From the UHGV virus genome UHGV-0097493: a DNA stretch of 22,798 nucleotides; one strand, written 5' to 3'. A program made the translations under genes and the position numbers. Below, piece after piece: positions 1 to 7,610 of the stretch. The notes under the pieces were generated by a model, which made no database searches, was not told the DNA's origin, and saw only the letters and a program-made list of their open reading frames with translations. The DNA is from a virus. Every line of letters begins with the position of its first letter. Position 1 is the stretch's first letter.

Positions 1-598
1 TGGCAGCCTGAGTTCACAGATAAAACACTCTCCAGGAAACCCGGGGCGGTTCAATTAACACCCTGTTTGGCCCGTTTGTTCTGGATCTGTTCACTGACGG
101 TGATAACGCCAAATGTGCTGCGTATTACACGGCGGAAGACAACGCGCTGGCGCATGACTGGTCAGAACGCCTTGCGGAGCTTAAAGGTGCTGCCTTTGGT
201 AATCCCCCATACAGCCGCGCCAGTCAGCATGAGGGGCAATACATCACCGGCATGCGTTACATCATGAAGCATGCCAGTGCCATGCGTGATAAAGGCGGGC
301 GCTATGTTTTCCTGATCAAAGCTGCCACCAGCAAGTGTGGTGGCCGGAAGATGCAGATCATATTGCTTTTATTCGCGGGCGTATTGGTTTTGAACTGCCT
401 GCCTGGTTTATCCCGAAGGATGAGAAGCAGGTGCCGACAGGCGCTTTCTTCGCTGGTGCTATTGCTGTTTTCGACAAGACCTGGAAGGGACCGGCAATCA
501 GCTACATCGGGCGCGATGAACTTGAGGCATGTGGTGAGGCCTTTCTGGCGCAGGTTCGCCAGCAGGCAGAAAAACTGGTCAGGGAGATGGCGGCATGA
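1..598 (+). pseudogene. Phage-type DNA N6-adenine methyltransferase (Dam family), 5' end outside window, apparently frame-disrupted
   Basis: Frame 0 (open from 24) reads ...FGPFVLDLFTDGDNAKCAAYYTAEDNALAHDWSERLAELKGAAFGNPPYS..., with the NPPY catalytic motif at 201-212. Protein-like reading then continues only in frame 2 (335..598: WWPEDADHIAFIRGRIGFELPAWFIPKDEKQ...). Frame 0 past ~335 turns Arg-rich and runs through the next gene. Frame 0 also has stops at 9-11 and 21-23, so the N-terminal part must lie in yet another frame. The stop overlaps the next start (ATGA at 595-598). Confidence 0.45.
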
Positions 599-921
599 CG
601 ACGTTAACTCAATGCCAGCAGCAGGTGCTGGATATGCTGATTTCTTATCAGAAAGAACGTGGCTTCCCGCCAACCAATCAGGAGGTGGCAACCATGCTGG
701 GATACCGTTCAGTGAATGCAGCGGTGGAGCATCTTCGCGCACTGGAGAAAAAAGGCGTCATCACGATAAAGCGTGGCGTGGCCCGGGGCATCACGCTTCA
801 TACCGCGGTGAAGGACGACGACAGCGAGGCGGTCGGGATTATCCGCTCACTGCTTGCCGGTGAGGAAAACGCAAGGCTGCGTGCAGCCCACTGGTTACAT
901 GAGAGGGGCCTGAAAGTATGA
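595..921 (+). CDS. LexA N-terminal DNA-binding-domain-like protein (winged HTH only, no S24 peptidase domain), 108 aa
   Basis: MTTLTQCQQQVLDMLISYQKERGFPPTNQEVATMLGYRSVNAAVEHLRALEKKGVITIKRGVARGITL matches the LexA N-terminal domain pattern (recalled LexA: ...[52 protein letters not shown]...). The ORF ends after ~40 more residues. ATGA overlaps at both ends (595-598 and 918-921) suggest translational coupling. Confidence 0.7.
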   Translation: MTTLTQCQQQVLDMLISYQKERGFPPTNQEVATMLGYRSVNAAVEHLRALEKKGVITIKRGVARGITLHTAVKDDDSEAVGIIRSLLAGEENARLRAAHWLHERGLKV

Positions 922-1307
922 AGCTGATCCTGCCTTTTCCGCCCAGCGTGAACACGTACTGGCGACACCCCAACAAAGGGGCGTTTGCTGGTAAGAGCCT
1001 GATAAGCGCGGCGGGGCGAAAATTCCAGAGCGCGGCGTGCGCAGCAATAGTTGAGCAGTTACGTCGTCTGCCGAAACCAACGTCGGCACCTGCTTCAGTG
1101 GAGATCGTGTTGTTTCCTCCGGATAACAGGATCCGCGATCTGGACAACTATAACAAGGCGCTGTTTGACGCCCTGACCCACGCGGGGGTGTGGGAAGACG
1201 ACAGTCAGGTGAAAAGAATGCTGGTGGAGTGGGGACCGGTTATCCCGGAAGGGAAGGTCGAGATCACTATCAGTAAGTACGAGAAAACGGCGGGTGCAGC
1301 TGCCTGA
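918..1307 (+). CDS. rusA: Holliday junction resolvase RusA, 129 aa
   Basis: RusA-family pattern: LPFPPSVNTYWRH near the N-terminus and RIRDLDNYNKALFDALTHAGVWEDDSQV, which carries the conserved acidic catalytic residues. Size is typical (~120-130 aa). Confidence 0.88.
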   Translation: MKLILPFPPSVNTYWRHPNKGAFAGKSLISAAGRKFQSAACAAIVEQLRRLPKPTSAPASVEIVLFPPDNRIRDLDNYNKALFDALTHAGVWEDDSQVKRMLVEWGPVIPEGKVEITISKYEKTAGAAA

Positions 1308-1326
1308 TTAAGAGGAGAAACGAAGT

Positions 1327-2136
1327 ATGAATAATCTGATGGTCATTGATGGTATTGAAGTTCGTCGTGATGCTTATGGGCGTTACAGCCTGAACGATCT
1401 GCATCGCGCAGCAGTAGCATCTGGTGCAAATGCCAGAACCAAGGAGCCAGGAAAGTTTCTTTCCAGCCAACAAACTGTTGAGCTTGTTCATGAATTAACC
1501 AACACCCAGAATTTGGGTGTTGACCCGGTGAGCGTGATTCATGGGGGAAATGAACGGGGAACGTATGTCTGTAAGGAACTGGTGTATGCCTATGCAATGT
1601 GGATCAGCCCGTCATTCCATCTGAAGGTGATCCGTACTTTCGATATGGTAACCAGCGCGCCGGAAAAGTTATCCGGACAGGCTGCTGACAAGATGCAGGC
1701 TGGCGTGATTCTGCTGGACTTTATGCGCCGGGAGTTAAATCTGTCTAACTCATCTGTGCTTGGGGCCTGTCAGAAACTCCAGGAGGCTGTTGGCTTACCG
1801 AATCTGGCACCGCGCTATGCCATTGATGCACCTGCTGACGCGCCTGATGGCTCAAGCCGCCCCACGCTGTCGCTGAGTGCACTGCTGAAGCAGTATGGTA
1901 TCCGCCTGACGGCTAATCAGGCATATCACCAGATGGCGAAGCTGGGGATCGTTGAACAACGCGAACGATACAGCCGTACCGCGATTAACAACATCAAAAA
2001 ATTCTGGTCGCTGACAGCGAAAGGCTGCATGTTCGGCAAGAACATCACCAGTCCCGCAAATCCGCGCGAGACGCAGCCGCATTTCTTCGAATCCCGATTC
2101 CCTGAGCTGTTAAAGCTGCTCGATACCGTTCATTGA
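1327..2136 (+). CDS. KilA-N domain protein with antirepressor-like C-terminal region, 269 aa
   Basis: N-terminal ~105 aa (MNNLMVIDGIEVRRDAYGRYSLNDLHRAA...GGNERGTYVCKELVYAYAMWISPSFHLKVIRTFD) fits the KilA-N fold pattern. RBS GAGGAGAAACGAAGT precedes the ATG. Confidence 0.7.
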   Translation: MNNLMVIDGIEVRRDAYGRYSLNDLHRAAVASGANARTKEPGKFLSSQQTVELVHELTNTQNLGVDPVSVIHGGNERGTYVCKELVYAYAMWISPSFHLKVIRTFDMVTSAPEKLSGQAADKMQAGVILLDFMRRELNLSNSSVLGACQKLQEAVGLPNLAPRYAIDAPADAPDGSSRPTLSLSALLKQYGIRLTANQAYHQMAKLGIVEQRERYSRTAINNIKKFWSLTAKGCMFGKNITSPANPRETQPHFFESRFPELLKLLDTVH

Positions 2137-2137
2137 G

Positions 2138-3133
2138 GTGACCGTGAGAGCACTACTGACCCCTGAAATTGCCCCGCGTATGGGGATCGTATTGTTCAGG
2201 CCAGGTTCAGAGCTGATGCCCCTGTTTATGCAGGGGCGTGTCCTGCTGGAGCCTGAGCCGGAACGTTATTCATCTTTTGCCAGTGGTGCCGTTCCGGCTG
2301 CATCACAACCGCTGGCGGATGATCCTGCCGTTCGGGCCGTGTTCCGCAATGAGGCAGTGATCCGTCGTGCTGGTGGCGTGGAATGTCTTGAAAGCTGGTT
2401 ACTTCGTGAAAAAGGCTGCCAGTGGCCTCATTCCGACTGGCACAGCGAGAACATGACCACAATGCGACACGCGCCGGGCGCAATCCGTCTGTGCTGGCAC
2501 TGCGATAACCAACTGCGCGATCAGTTCACGGAACGGCTGGAATCAATGGCAACGGATAACTGTGCCCGCTGGGTGTTGTCTGTTGTGCGTCGGGATCTCG
2601 GTTTTGATGACAGTCACGTTGTGACAATGCCGGAACTGTGCTGGTGGCTGATTCGTAATGATCTGGCGGATGCCTTACCGGAAAGTGCAGCCCGTAAGGC
2701 ACTGAGATTACCGAAGCCTGTTGTGCCGTCTGTCACCCGGGAAAGTGACCTGGTGCCTTCGGTTCCTGCCACCAGCATCATCCAGGATAAAGCGAAAAAG
2801 GTGCTGGCGCTGAAAGTGGATCCGGAGTCGCCGGACTCTTTTATGTTACGCCCAAAACGTCGCCGCTGGGTTAATGAAAAGTACACGCGATGGGTTAAGA
2901 CGCAGCCGTGCGCATGTTGTGGAAAACCTGCTGATGATCCCCACCACCTGATAGGCCACGGTCAGGGTGGAATGGGGACAAAAGCGCATGACCTCTTTGT
3001 GTTGCCTTTGTGCAGAAAGCATCACGACGAGCTGCATGCGGATAATGTGGCATTCGAAGAGAAGTATGGCTCCCAGCTGGAGCTGATATTTCGTTTTATC
3101 GATCGTGCGCTGACGATTGGTGTGCTGGCCTGA
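2138..3133 (+). CDS. Prophage protein, DUF968/YdfU-like, with C-terminal Cys/His (HNH-like) motif, 331 aa
   Basis: C-terminus ...[49 protein letters not shown]... is a CxCC...HH...PLC..HH...H metal-binding-type motif. The start is uncertain: GTG at 2138, GTG at 2144 or ATG at 2180. Confidence 0.6.
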   Translation: MTVRALLTPEIAPRMGIVLFRPGSELMPLFMQGRVLLEPEPERYSSFASGAVPAASQPLADDPAVRAVFRNEAVIRRAGGVECLESWLLREKGCQWPHSDWHSENMTTMRHAPGAIRLCWHCDNQLRDQFTERLESMATDNCARWVLSVVRRDLGFDDSHVVTMPELCWWLIRNDLADALPESAARKALRLPKPVVPSVTRESDLVPSVPATSIIQDKAKKVLALKVDPESPDSFMLRPKRRRWVNEKYTRWVKTQPCACCGKPADDPHHLIGHGQGGMGTKAHDLFVLPLCRKHHDELHADNVAFEEKYGSQLELIFRFIDRALTIGVLA

Positions 3134-3150
3134 TTTTGTGGAGAAAGTTG

Positions 3151-3534
3151 ATGCGTGATATTCAGATGGTTCTTGAGCGTTGGGGAGCGTGGGCGGCTAA
3201 TAATCATGAAGATGTGACCTGGTCGTCCATTGCCGCCGGTTTTAAGGGATTAATTCCTTCAAAAGTAAAATCTCGCCCGCAATGTTGTGACGATGACGCG
3301 ATGATCATTTGCGGGTGCATGGCCCGTCTGAAAAAGAACAACAGCGATTTGCACGATTTATTAGTAGATTATTATGTAGTCGGTATGACATTCATGTCAC
3401 TGGCAGGTAAGCATTGCTGCTCTGATGGTTATATCGGGAAAAGGTTACAAAAAGCTGAGGGCATAATTGAAGGGATGTTAATGGCATTAGATATCTGGTT
3501 AGAGATGGATATCGTTGTTAATAACTCTAATTAA
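3151..3534 (+). CDS. Q: Late-gene antiterminator Q (phage 21/DLP12 quuD-like), 127 aa
   Basis: [31 protein letters not shown]...[16 protein letters not shown]...[12 protein letters not shown] is recognised from memory as the lambdoid Q family found in DLP12/phage-21-type prophages. ATG 3151 is preferred over the tool's TTG 3136 because GGAG at 3140-3143 sits 7 nt upstream. Confidence 0.8.
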   Translation: MRDIQMVLERWGAWAANNHEDVTWSSIAAGFKGLIPSKVKSRPQCCDDDAMIICGCMARLKKNNSDLHDLLVDYYVVGMTFMSLAGKHCCSDGYIGKRLQKAEGIIEGMLMALDIWLEMDIVVNNSN

Positions 3535-3550
3535 TATGCCAATTGTTTAC

Positions 3551-3585
3551 TAAAAATTATTAAAAATGGGGCGTTGAGACGCCCC
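3551..3585 (-). terminator. Intrinsic terminator candidate for leftward (nmpC) transcription
   Basis: Perfect stem GGGGCGT/ACGCCCC (3568-3574 and 3579-3585), loop TGAG. On the minus strand the hairpin is followed by a U-rich tract (ATTTTTAATAATTTTT); on the plus strand it is followed by an A-rich tract. Confidence 0.45.
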
Positions 3586-3624
3586 CAAAAATAAAGGGTA
3601 ATATATAACAGAAGGTTTATATAG

Positions 3625-3698
3625 TTAGAAGCAAGGTTGTGCTTCTAAAGGAAGTGGCTTGAGGGAGCCACTTATATGTTGGGGAGGCAACGCCTCCC
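3625..3698. other. Cluster of three consecutive perfect stem-loops in the Q-nmpC convergent intergenic region
   Basis: 3625-3648: TTAGAAGCA/TGCTTCTAA, 9-bp stem, loop AGGTTG. 3652-3673: AAGTGGCT/AGCCACTT, 8-bp stem, loop TGAGGG. 3682-3698: GGGAGGC/GCCTCCC, 7-bp stem, loop AAC. No tRNA T-loop motif is present. Confidence 0.4.
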
Positions 3699-3723
3699 GC
3701 AACATATCTTTTTCGTAATCAGA

Positions 3724-4806
3724 TTAGAACTGGTAAACCAGACCTACAGCAACGATGTCATCAGTATCAATACCAGCTGTTTTGGTAAACTTACTATCGT
3801 CAATTAAGTTGATTTTGTAATCAACAAAAGTGGACATGTTTTTATTAAAGTAGTAAGTAGCACCGACATCGACATACTTGACTAAGTCTCGGTCACCATG
3901 AACACCAAGGTCTTTACCTTTTGACTGAAGGTAAGCAACAGATGGGCGCAGACCGAAGTCAAACTGATATTGTGCTACTGCTTCAAAGTTTTGTGCTTTG
4001 TTTGCAATATGGTTATTACCAAAAACGGTCATATTCTGAGTTTCAGAATATGTGGTAGCCAGATAGATATTGTTCGCATCATATTTCAGGCCTGCAGCCC
4101 ATACTTCCGCATTTTTGCCGGAGGCATTGAATTTGCTCTTACCATAGGCGACCTGACCGTCAGTGCGATCTGATTTAGCATAGGTTGCACCCACGCCGAA
4201 TCCTTCATACTCATAAGTAGTGGAGAAACCGAAACCATCACCATTGGCTTCAGTTACGTCAGTGCGGTCATTTTTACCCTGATACTGAGCAGCAAAGTTC
4301 AGGCCATCGACCAGACCAAAGAAGTCGTTGTTACGATAAGTTGCAACACCAGTAGTGCGACCAGTCATGAACACATCTGTTTGGGTCCAGGTATCACCAC
4401 CGAATTCTGGCAGGACGTCAGTCCACGCACCGATGTCGTATGCTACACCGTAGTTACGGCCGTAATCGATTGAGCCGTAATCACCAAATTTCAGGCCTGC
4501 AAATGCAAGACGGGTTTTGTCTTTGGAAGAACCTTGAGATTCAGCGCGGTTGCCTTTGAATTCATATTCCCACTGACCGAAACCAGTCAGTTGATCGTTG
4601 ATTTGGGTTTCACCTTTGAAGCCAAGACGGGCATAAGTAGTATCACCATCATCTGCATCATTAGAGGAGAAGTAGTGCTTAGCATTAACTTTCCCGTACA
4701 GATCCAGCTTGTTACTGTCTTTATTATAAATTTCAGCTGCCTGAGCAGACATCGCCATCAGTACTGATGCAGCTACAGCAGAAATTGCCACTGTTAATTT
4801 TTTCAT
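3724..4806 (-). CDS. nmpC: Outer membrane general porin NmpC/Lc (OmpC/OmpF/PhoE family), intact, 360 aa
   Basis: Signal peptide [23 protein letters not shown] followed by [17 protein letters not shown]... The porin hallmark PEFGGDT and a C-terminal ...VGLVYQF (terminal Phe) are present. The sequence matches NmpC/Lc porin as recalled. RBS AAAGGG is upstream. Confidence 0.9.
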   Translation of the reverse strand: MKKLTVAISAVAASVLMAMSAQAAEIYNKDSNKLDLYGKVNAKHYFSSNDADDGDTTYARLGFKGETQINDQLTGFGQWEYEFKGNRAESQGSSKDKTRLAFAGLKFGDYGSIDYGRNYGVAYDIGAWTDVLPEFGGDTWTQTDVFMTGRTTGVATYRNNDFFGLVDGLNFAAQYQGKNDRTDVTEANGDGFGFSTTYEYEGFGVGATYAKSDRTDGQVAYGKSKFNASGKNAEVWAAGLKYDANNIYLATTYSETQNMTVFGNNHIANKAQNFEAVAQYQFDFGLRPSVAYLQSKGKDLGVHGDRDLVKYVDVGATYYFNKNMSTFVDYKINLIDDSKFTKTAGIDTDDIVAVGLVYQF

Positions 4807-5009
4807 CGTGAGCCCTTTTTTTTGAACTATTATTAAAAAATGATGTCACTGCGCGATAAATATTCATCTAATCAATGTGATTATTTCAAGATGTAAGTTT
4901 TGGTTTCTCGTTTGATTTGTGAAGTAGATCTCTATTTTTATCTGAACTTTTTTCTATCGAATCCTATTCATAGCTCTTGGCTGAATAAAAATAAATCTAT
5001 TAGCCAATT

Positions 5010-5052
5010 TATACTAACGGTTGTTATTTATAAGTGCTCTATAATTTGAAGG
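5010..5052 (+). promoter_or_regulatory. Candidate late promoter (PR'-like): consensus -10 TATAAT at 5040-5045, weak -35
   Basis: A perfect TATAAT hexamer lies in an AT-rich region about 190 nt upstream of the terminator at 5235-5268, giving the same geometry as lambda PR'-6S RNA-tR'. No good TTGACA-like -35 is seen, which is acceptable for an activator/Q-engaged promoter but lowers confidence. Confidence 0.25.
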
Positions 5053-5234
5053 TTCAATTTAAATCGGCTAAAAATAACACTGGAAATTATTTGTTGGTTA
5101 TTTGTTGAGATTTGCTTATGTATTTGTAGTGGTGTTTTCAATACTCGGTAGCATTCTCGCAAATATCATTTAGTGGTTTACGTACGTAAAAAATTGGTTA
5201 TGCTGTTAAGAGTGGTTACTTCGTCACACAGCTT

Positions 5235-5268
5235 AAACCCGCCGTCGAGCGGGTTTTTCCATTTTTTG
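5235..5268 (+). terminator. Intrinsic terminator upstream of the lysis genes (tR'-like)
   Basis: AAACCCGC-CGTCGA-GCGGGTTT hairpin (5235-5256) followed by TTCCATTTTTTG. It lies ~110 nt upstream of the holin start. Confidence 0.55.
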
Positions 5269-5379
5269 AGTCTCGATATTAGCTGATAACCCAATACCTG
5301 AGTTATTCACTGACTTCGAGTCTGTTACGTTTCGTAGTATTCCCTCAATTTACACCCGCTTTGTCTGCGAGGTGGGGTT

Positions 5380-5595
5380 ATGAAATCCATGGATAAGTTA
5401 ACAACGGGTGTCGCCTATGGCACCTCAGCAGGTAGTGCCGGGTACTGGTTTTTACAGCTGCTAGATAAAGTCACGCCCTCACAGTGGGCGGCAATTGGAG
5501 TGCTGGGTAGCCTGGTATTTGGCCTGCTGACGTACCTGACAAACCTTTATTTCAAGATTAAAGAAGATAAGCGTAAGGCTGCGAGAGGTGAATAA
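5380..5595 (+). CDS. S: Class II holin / pinholin (S21-type) with dual translational starts (71 and 68 aa)
   Basis: [71 protein letters not shown] has two TM segments and a charged C-tail. The M1-K-S-M4 dual-start motif uses ATGs at 5380 and 5389. RBS GAGGTGGGG is upstream. It resembles phage 21 S21 / DLP12 EssD as recalled. Confidence 0.85.
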
Positions 5596-6092
5596 TGTCG
5601 CCATCATTACGCAAGGCTGTAGCAGCTGCTATTGGTGGTGGGGCTGTTGCCATAGCGTCTGTGCTCATCACTGGTCCGAGTGGTGACGATGGTCTGGAAG
5701 GTGTCAGCTACATACCATATAAAGATATTGTTGGTGTATGGACTGTATGTCACGGGCATACAGGAAAAGACATCATGCTCGGTAAAACGTATACCAAAGC
5801 AGAATGCAAAGCACTCTTGAATAAAGACCTTGCCACTGTCGCCAGACAAATTAACCCGTACATCGAAGTCGATATACCGGAAACAACGCGCGGCGCTCTT
5901 TACTCATTCGTTTACAACGTGGGTGCTGGCAATTTCAGAACATCGACGCTTCTTCGCAAAATAAACCAGGGCGATATCAAAGGCGCATGTGATCAGCTAC
6001 GGCGCTGGACATACGCTGGCGGTAATCAATGGAAAGGACTGATGACTCGCCGTGAGATTGAGCGTGAAGTCTGTTTGTGGGGGAAACAATGA
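5595..6092 (+). CDS. R: SAR endolysin (phage 21 R21-type lysozyme), 165 aa
   Basis: An N-terminal Gly/Ala-rich signal-anchor-release segment ([20 protein letters not shown]) is followed by a lysozyme domain (...[19 protein letters not shown]...). The start overlaps the holin stop (TAATG at 5593-5597). Confidence 0.88.
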   Translation: MSPSLRKAVAAAIGGGAVAIASVLITGPSGDDGLEGVSYIPYKDIVGVWTVCHGHTGKDIMLGKTYTKAECKALLNKDLATVARQINPYIEVDIPETTRGALYSFVYNVGAGNFRTSTLLRKINQGDIKGACDQLRRWTYAGGNQWKGLMTRREIEREVCLWGKQ

Positions 6093-6547
6093 GCAGAGTA
6101 ACCGCGATTATCTCCGCTCTGGTTATCTGCATCATCGTCTGCCTGTCATGGGCTGTTAATCATTACCGTGATAACGCCATTACCTACAAAGCCCAGCGCG
6201 ACAAAAATGTCAGAGAACTGGAGAAGGCGAACGCCACCATCGCTGACATGCGGAAGCGTCAACGTGATGTAGCAGAACTCGATGCAAGATACACAAAGGA
6301 GCTTGCTGATGCTAACGCGACTATCGAAAGTCTCCGTGCTGATGTTTCTGCTGGGCGTAAGCGCCTGCAAGTCGCCGCCACCTGTGCAAAGTCAACGACC
6401 GGAGCCAGCAGCATGGGCGATGGAGAAAGCCCAAGACTTACAGCAGATGCTGAACTCAATTATTACCGTCTCCGAAGTGGAATCGACAAGATAACCGCGC
6501 AGGTTAACTACCTGCAGGAATACATCAGGACGCAATGCCTGAAATAA
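6089..6547 (+). CDS. Rz: Rz i-spanin (inner-membrane spanin subunit), 152 aa
   Basis: N-terminal TM segment ([20 protein letters not shown]) followed by a coiled-coil-rich periplasmic domain. ATG 6089 overlaps the endolysin stop (ATGA). RBS GGGGGA is upstream. The tool's GTG 6077 is less likely. Confidence 0.8.
   Translation: MSRVTAIISALVICIIVCLSWAVNHYRDNAITYKAQRDKNVRELEKANATIADMRKRQRDVAELDARYTKELADANATIESLRADVSAGRKRLQVAATCAKSTTGASSMGDGESPRLTADAELNYYRLRSGIDKITAQVNYLQEYIRTQCLK
6309..6494 (+). CDS. Rz1: Rz1 o-spanin lipoprotein, embedded in the +1 frame inside Rz, 61 aa
   Basis: [20 protein letters not shown] has a lipobox (VSAC) with Cys at residue 20, followed by a proline-rich [13 protein letters not shown] mature segment. 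The ORF lies entirely within Rz in another frame, the classic Rz/Rz1 arrangement. Confidence 0.7.
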   Translation: MLTRLSKVSVLMFLLGVSACKSPPPVQSQRPEPAAWAMEKAQDLQQMLNSIITVSEVESTR

Positions 6548-6578
6548 TTTTTTTGCAAATCACAAAGTCCATTTAATG

Positions 6579-6602
6579 AGCCTCGCGATGCGGGGCTTTT
6601 TT
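6579..6602 (+). terminator. Intrinsic terminator after Rz/Rz1
   Basis: GCC(T)CGC-GAT-GCGGGGC hairpin (6580-6596, one G-U pair) followed by TTTTTT (6597-6602), 32 nt after the Rz stop. Confidence 0.55.
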
Positions 6603-6746
6603 ATATCTGAATTTCACAGCGCATCTCACGCGCATATTAACGAGAGCCTTTCAGTAAGCGAGCCTGAGAAATGCCGTTATAGGTGGCGACCTCTCTCGGG
6701 CGGCTTTTCTGTGAGACAGGCTCACTTTCTAAAAGGTAAAGACGCT

Positions 6747-7244
6747 ATGAAAGCAATCACGCTTTTTAATACACCGATCCGTGTTGATGAATCAGGAATG
6801 ATCTGCCTCACTGATATGTGGAAAGCCAGTGGTAAAAGTGAATCTGAATCTCCGTACCACTACCTGCGAAACAAGCAGACCAAAGAGTTCTTAGCCGAGC
6901 TGGAGAAAAACCACGAATCTGTGGTTTTTACTGAGCGCGGTGTACACGGTGGAACATATGGCGGGAAGTTTGTTGCTTATGATTATGCAGCATGGCTAAA
7001 CCCCGGATTTAAATATGCAGCCTATAAAGTCCTGGATGACTACTTCACCGGAGAACTTCAGCATCGCAACAGCTTAAGTGCGCAGCTCAACATGAAATGT
7101 CATGAGTTTGACCAGAAGAAAGACATGGCGAGCTTCTGCGGACAAGGGCTGGCAGCATGGCGCTATACGAAGCCAGTGTTGGTCGCTGAGATTAACTCCC
7201 TGGCTAACCAGCTGCAGATTACGATCCCCGGGCTTCCGGGATGA
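6747..7244 (+). CDS. KilA-N domain protein (second copy in window), 165 aa
   Basis: MKAITLFNTPIRVDESGMICLTDMWKASGKSESESPYHYLRNKQTKEFLAELEKN...GGTYGGKFVAYDYAAWLNPGFKYAAYKVLDDYF fits the KilA-N pattern. The 57-codon in-frame extension upstream to 6576 spans the terminator and is not protein-like, so ATG 6747 is used. Confidence 0.65.
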   Translation: MKAITLFNTPIRVDESGMICLTDMWKASGKSESESPYHYLRNKQTKEFLAELEKNHESVVFTERGVHGGTYGGKFVAYDYAAWLNPGFKYAAYKVLDDYFTGELQHRNSLSAQLNMKCHEFDQKKDMASFCGQGLAAWRYTKPVLVAEINSLANQLQITIPGLPG

Positions 7245-7498
7245 GTGATCGTGTTATTGAATGCGCCTCCAGAGCGGGGCGCGACTTCTCAGAGTTCATG
7301 AAAGGCGAGAAGGGCATGATGGAAGCATTGGCCTCGGTGGATGAGTTTGGCGAGCAGCTGCGCCTCAACGGCTGTGTCAATCATCACTTTGTTAGCTACA
7401 TGATGCGGAACTCGATCATGCAGGCATTCATGGACATGGCAAAAGCCGAGAGGAAAGAAGAGCGCCGGCGTAAGCGAGCGGAAGCAAAAGCGAAGTAG
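7241..7498 (+). CDS. Hypothetical small protein, 85 aa, with basic Lys/Arg/Glu-rich C-terminus
   Basis: The ORF start overlaps the KilA-N stop (ATGA at 7241-7244). The C-terminal AKAERKEERRRKRAEAKAK is a charged helix-like tail. No family is recognised. Confidence 0.45.
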   Translation: MSDRVIECASRAGRDFSEFMKGEKGMMEALASVDEFGEQLRLNGCVNHHFVSYMMRNSIMQAFMDMAKAERKEERRRKRAEAKAK

Positions 7499-7590
7499 CC
7501 ATTACAAAGCCTATCTACGGGTGGGCTTGATAATGAAACCGTGATTTACATCCCCACAATCCGGGTATGTAAAAGATAGTTCAGGCGAGA

Positions 7591-7610
7591 ACAGATTTAA
7601 CTAAATCTGT
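7591..7610. other. Perfect 20-bp palindrome ACAGATTTA-AC-TAAATCTGT in noncoding region upstream of packaging genes
   Basis: Seen directly: the 9-bp arms are exact reverse complements separated by 2 bp. It lies in a 352-bp ORF-free region. Confidence 0.3.

Noticed and set aside
302-742. 146-aa minus-strand ORF
   Set aside because: Antisense to the methyltransferase and LexA-like coding sequence, with no RBS or recognisable domain. Typical antisense artefact.
252-863. 203-aa frame-0 ORF reported by the ORF track
   Set aside because: Beyond ~335 it is Arg/Gly-rich low-complexity sequence and runs straight through the well-supported LexA-like gene in another frame. It is best explained as read-through past a frameshift in the methyltransferase remnant.
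3535-3723. Possible tRNA gene(s) in the hairpin-rich region after Q (as in Stx phages)
   Set aside because: No T-loop GTTCRANTC-type motif or cloverleaf arrangement was found. The hairpins are simple independent stem-loops.
3724-4806. IS5 or other insertion sequence disrupting nmpC, as in E. coli K-12
   Set aside because: The porin ORF is continuous from signal peptide to C-terminal Phe, and no transposase-like ORF or terminal inverted repeats flank it.
3535-5379. Toxin moron (e.g. stx-like) in the Q-S interval
   Set aside because: The only gene in this slot is the porin nmpC. No A/B toxin-like ORFs are present.
6576-6746. N-terminal extension of the second KilA-N ORF (tool start at 6576)
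   Set aside because: The extension spans the Rz terminator hairpin and is not protein-like. An ATG at 6747 begins the KilA-N domain.
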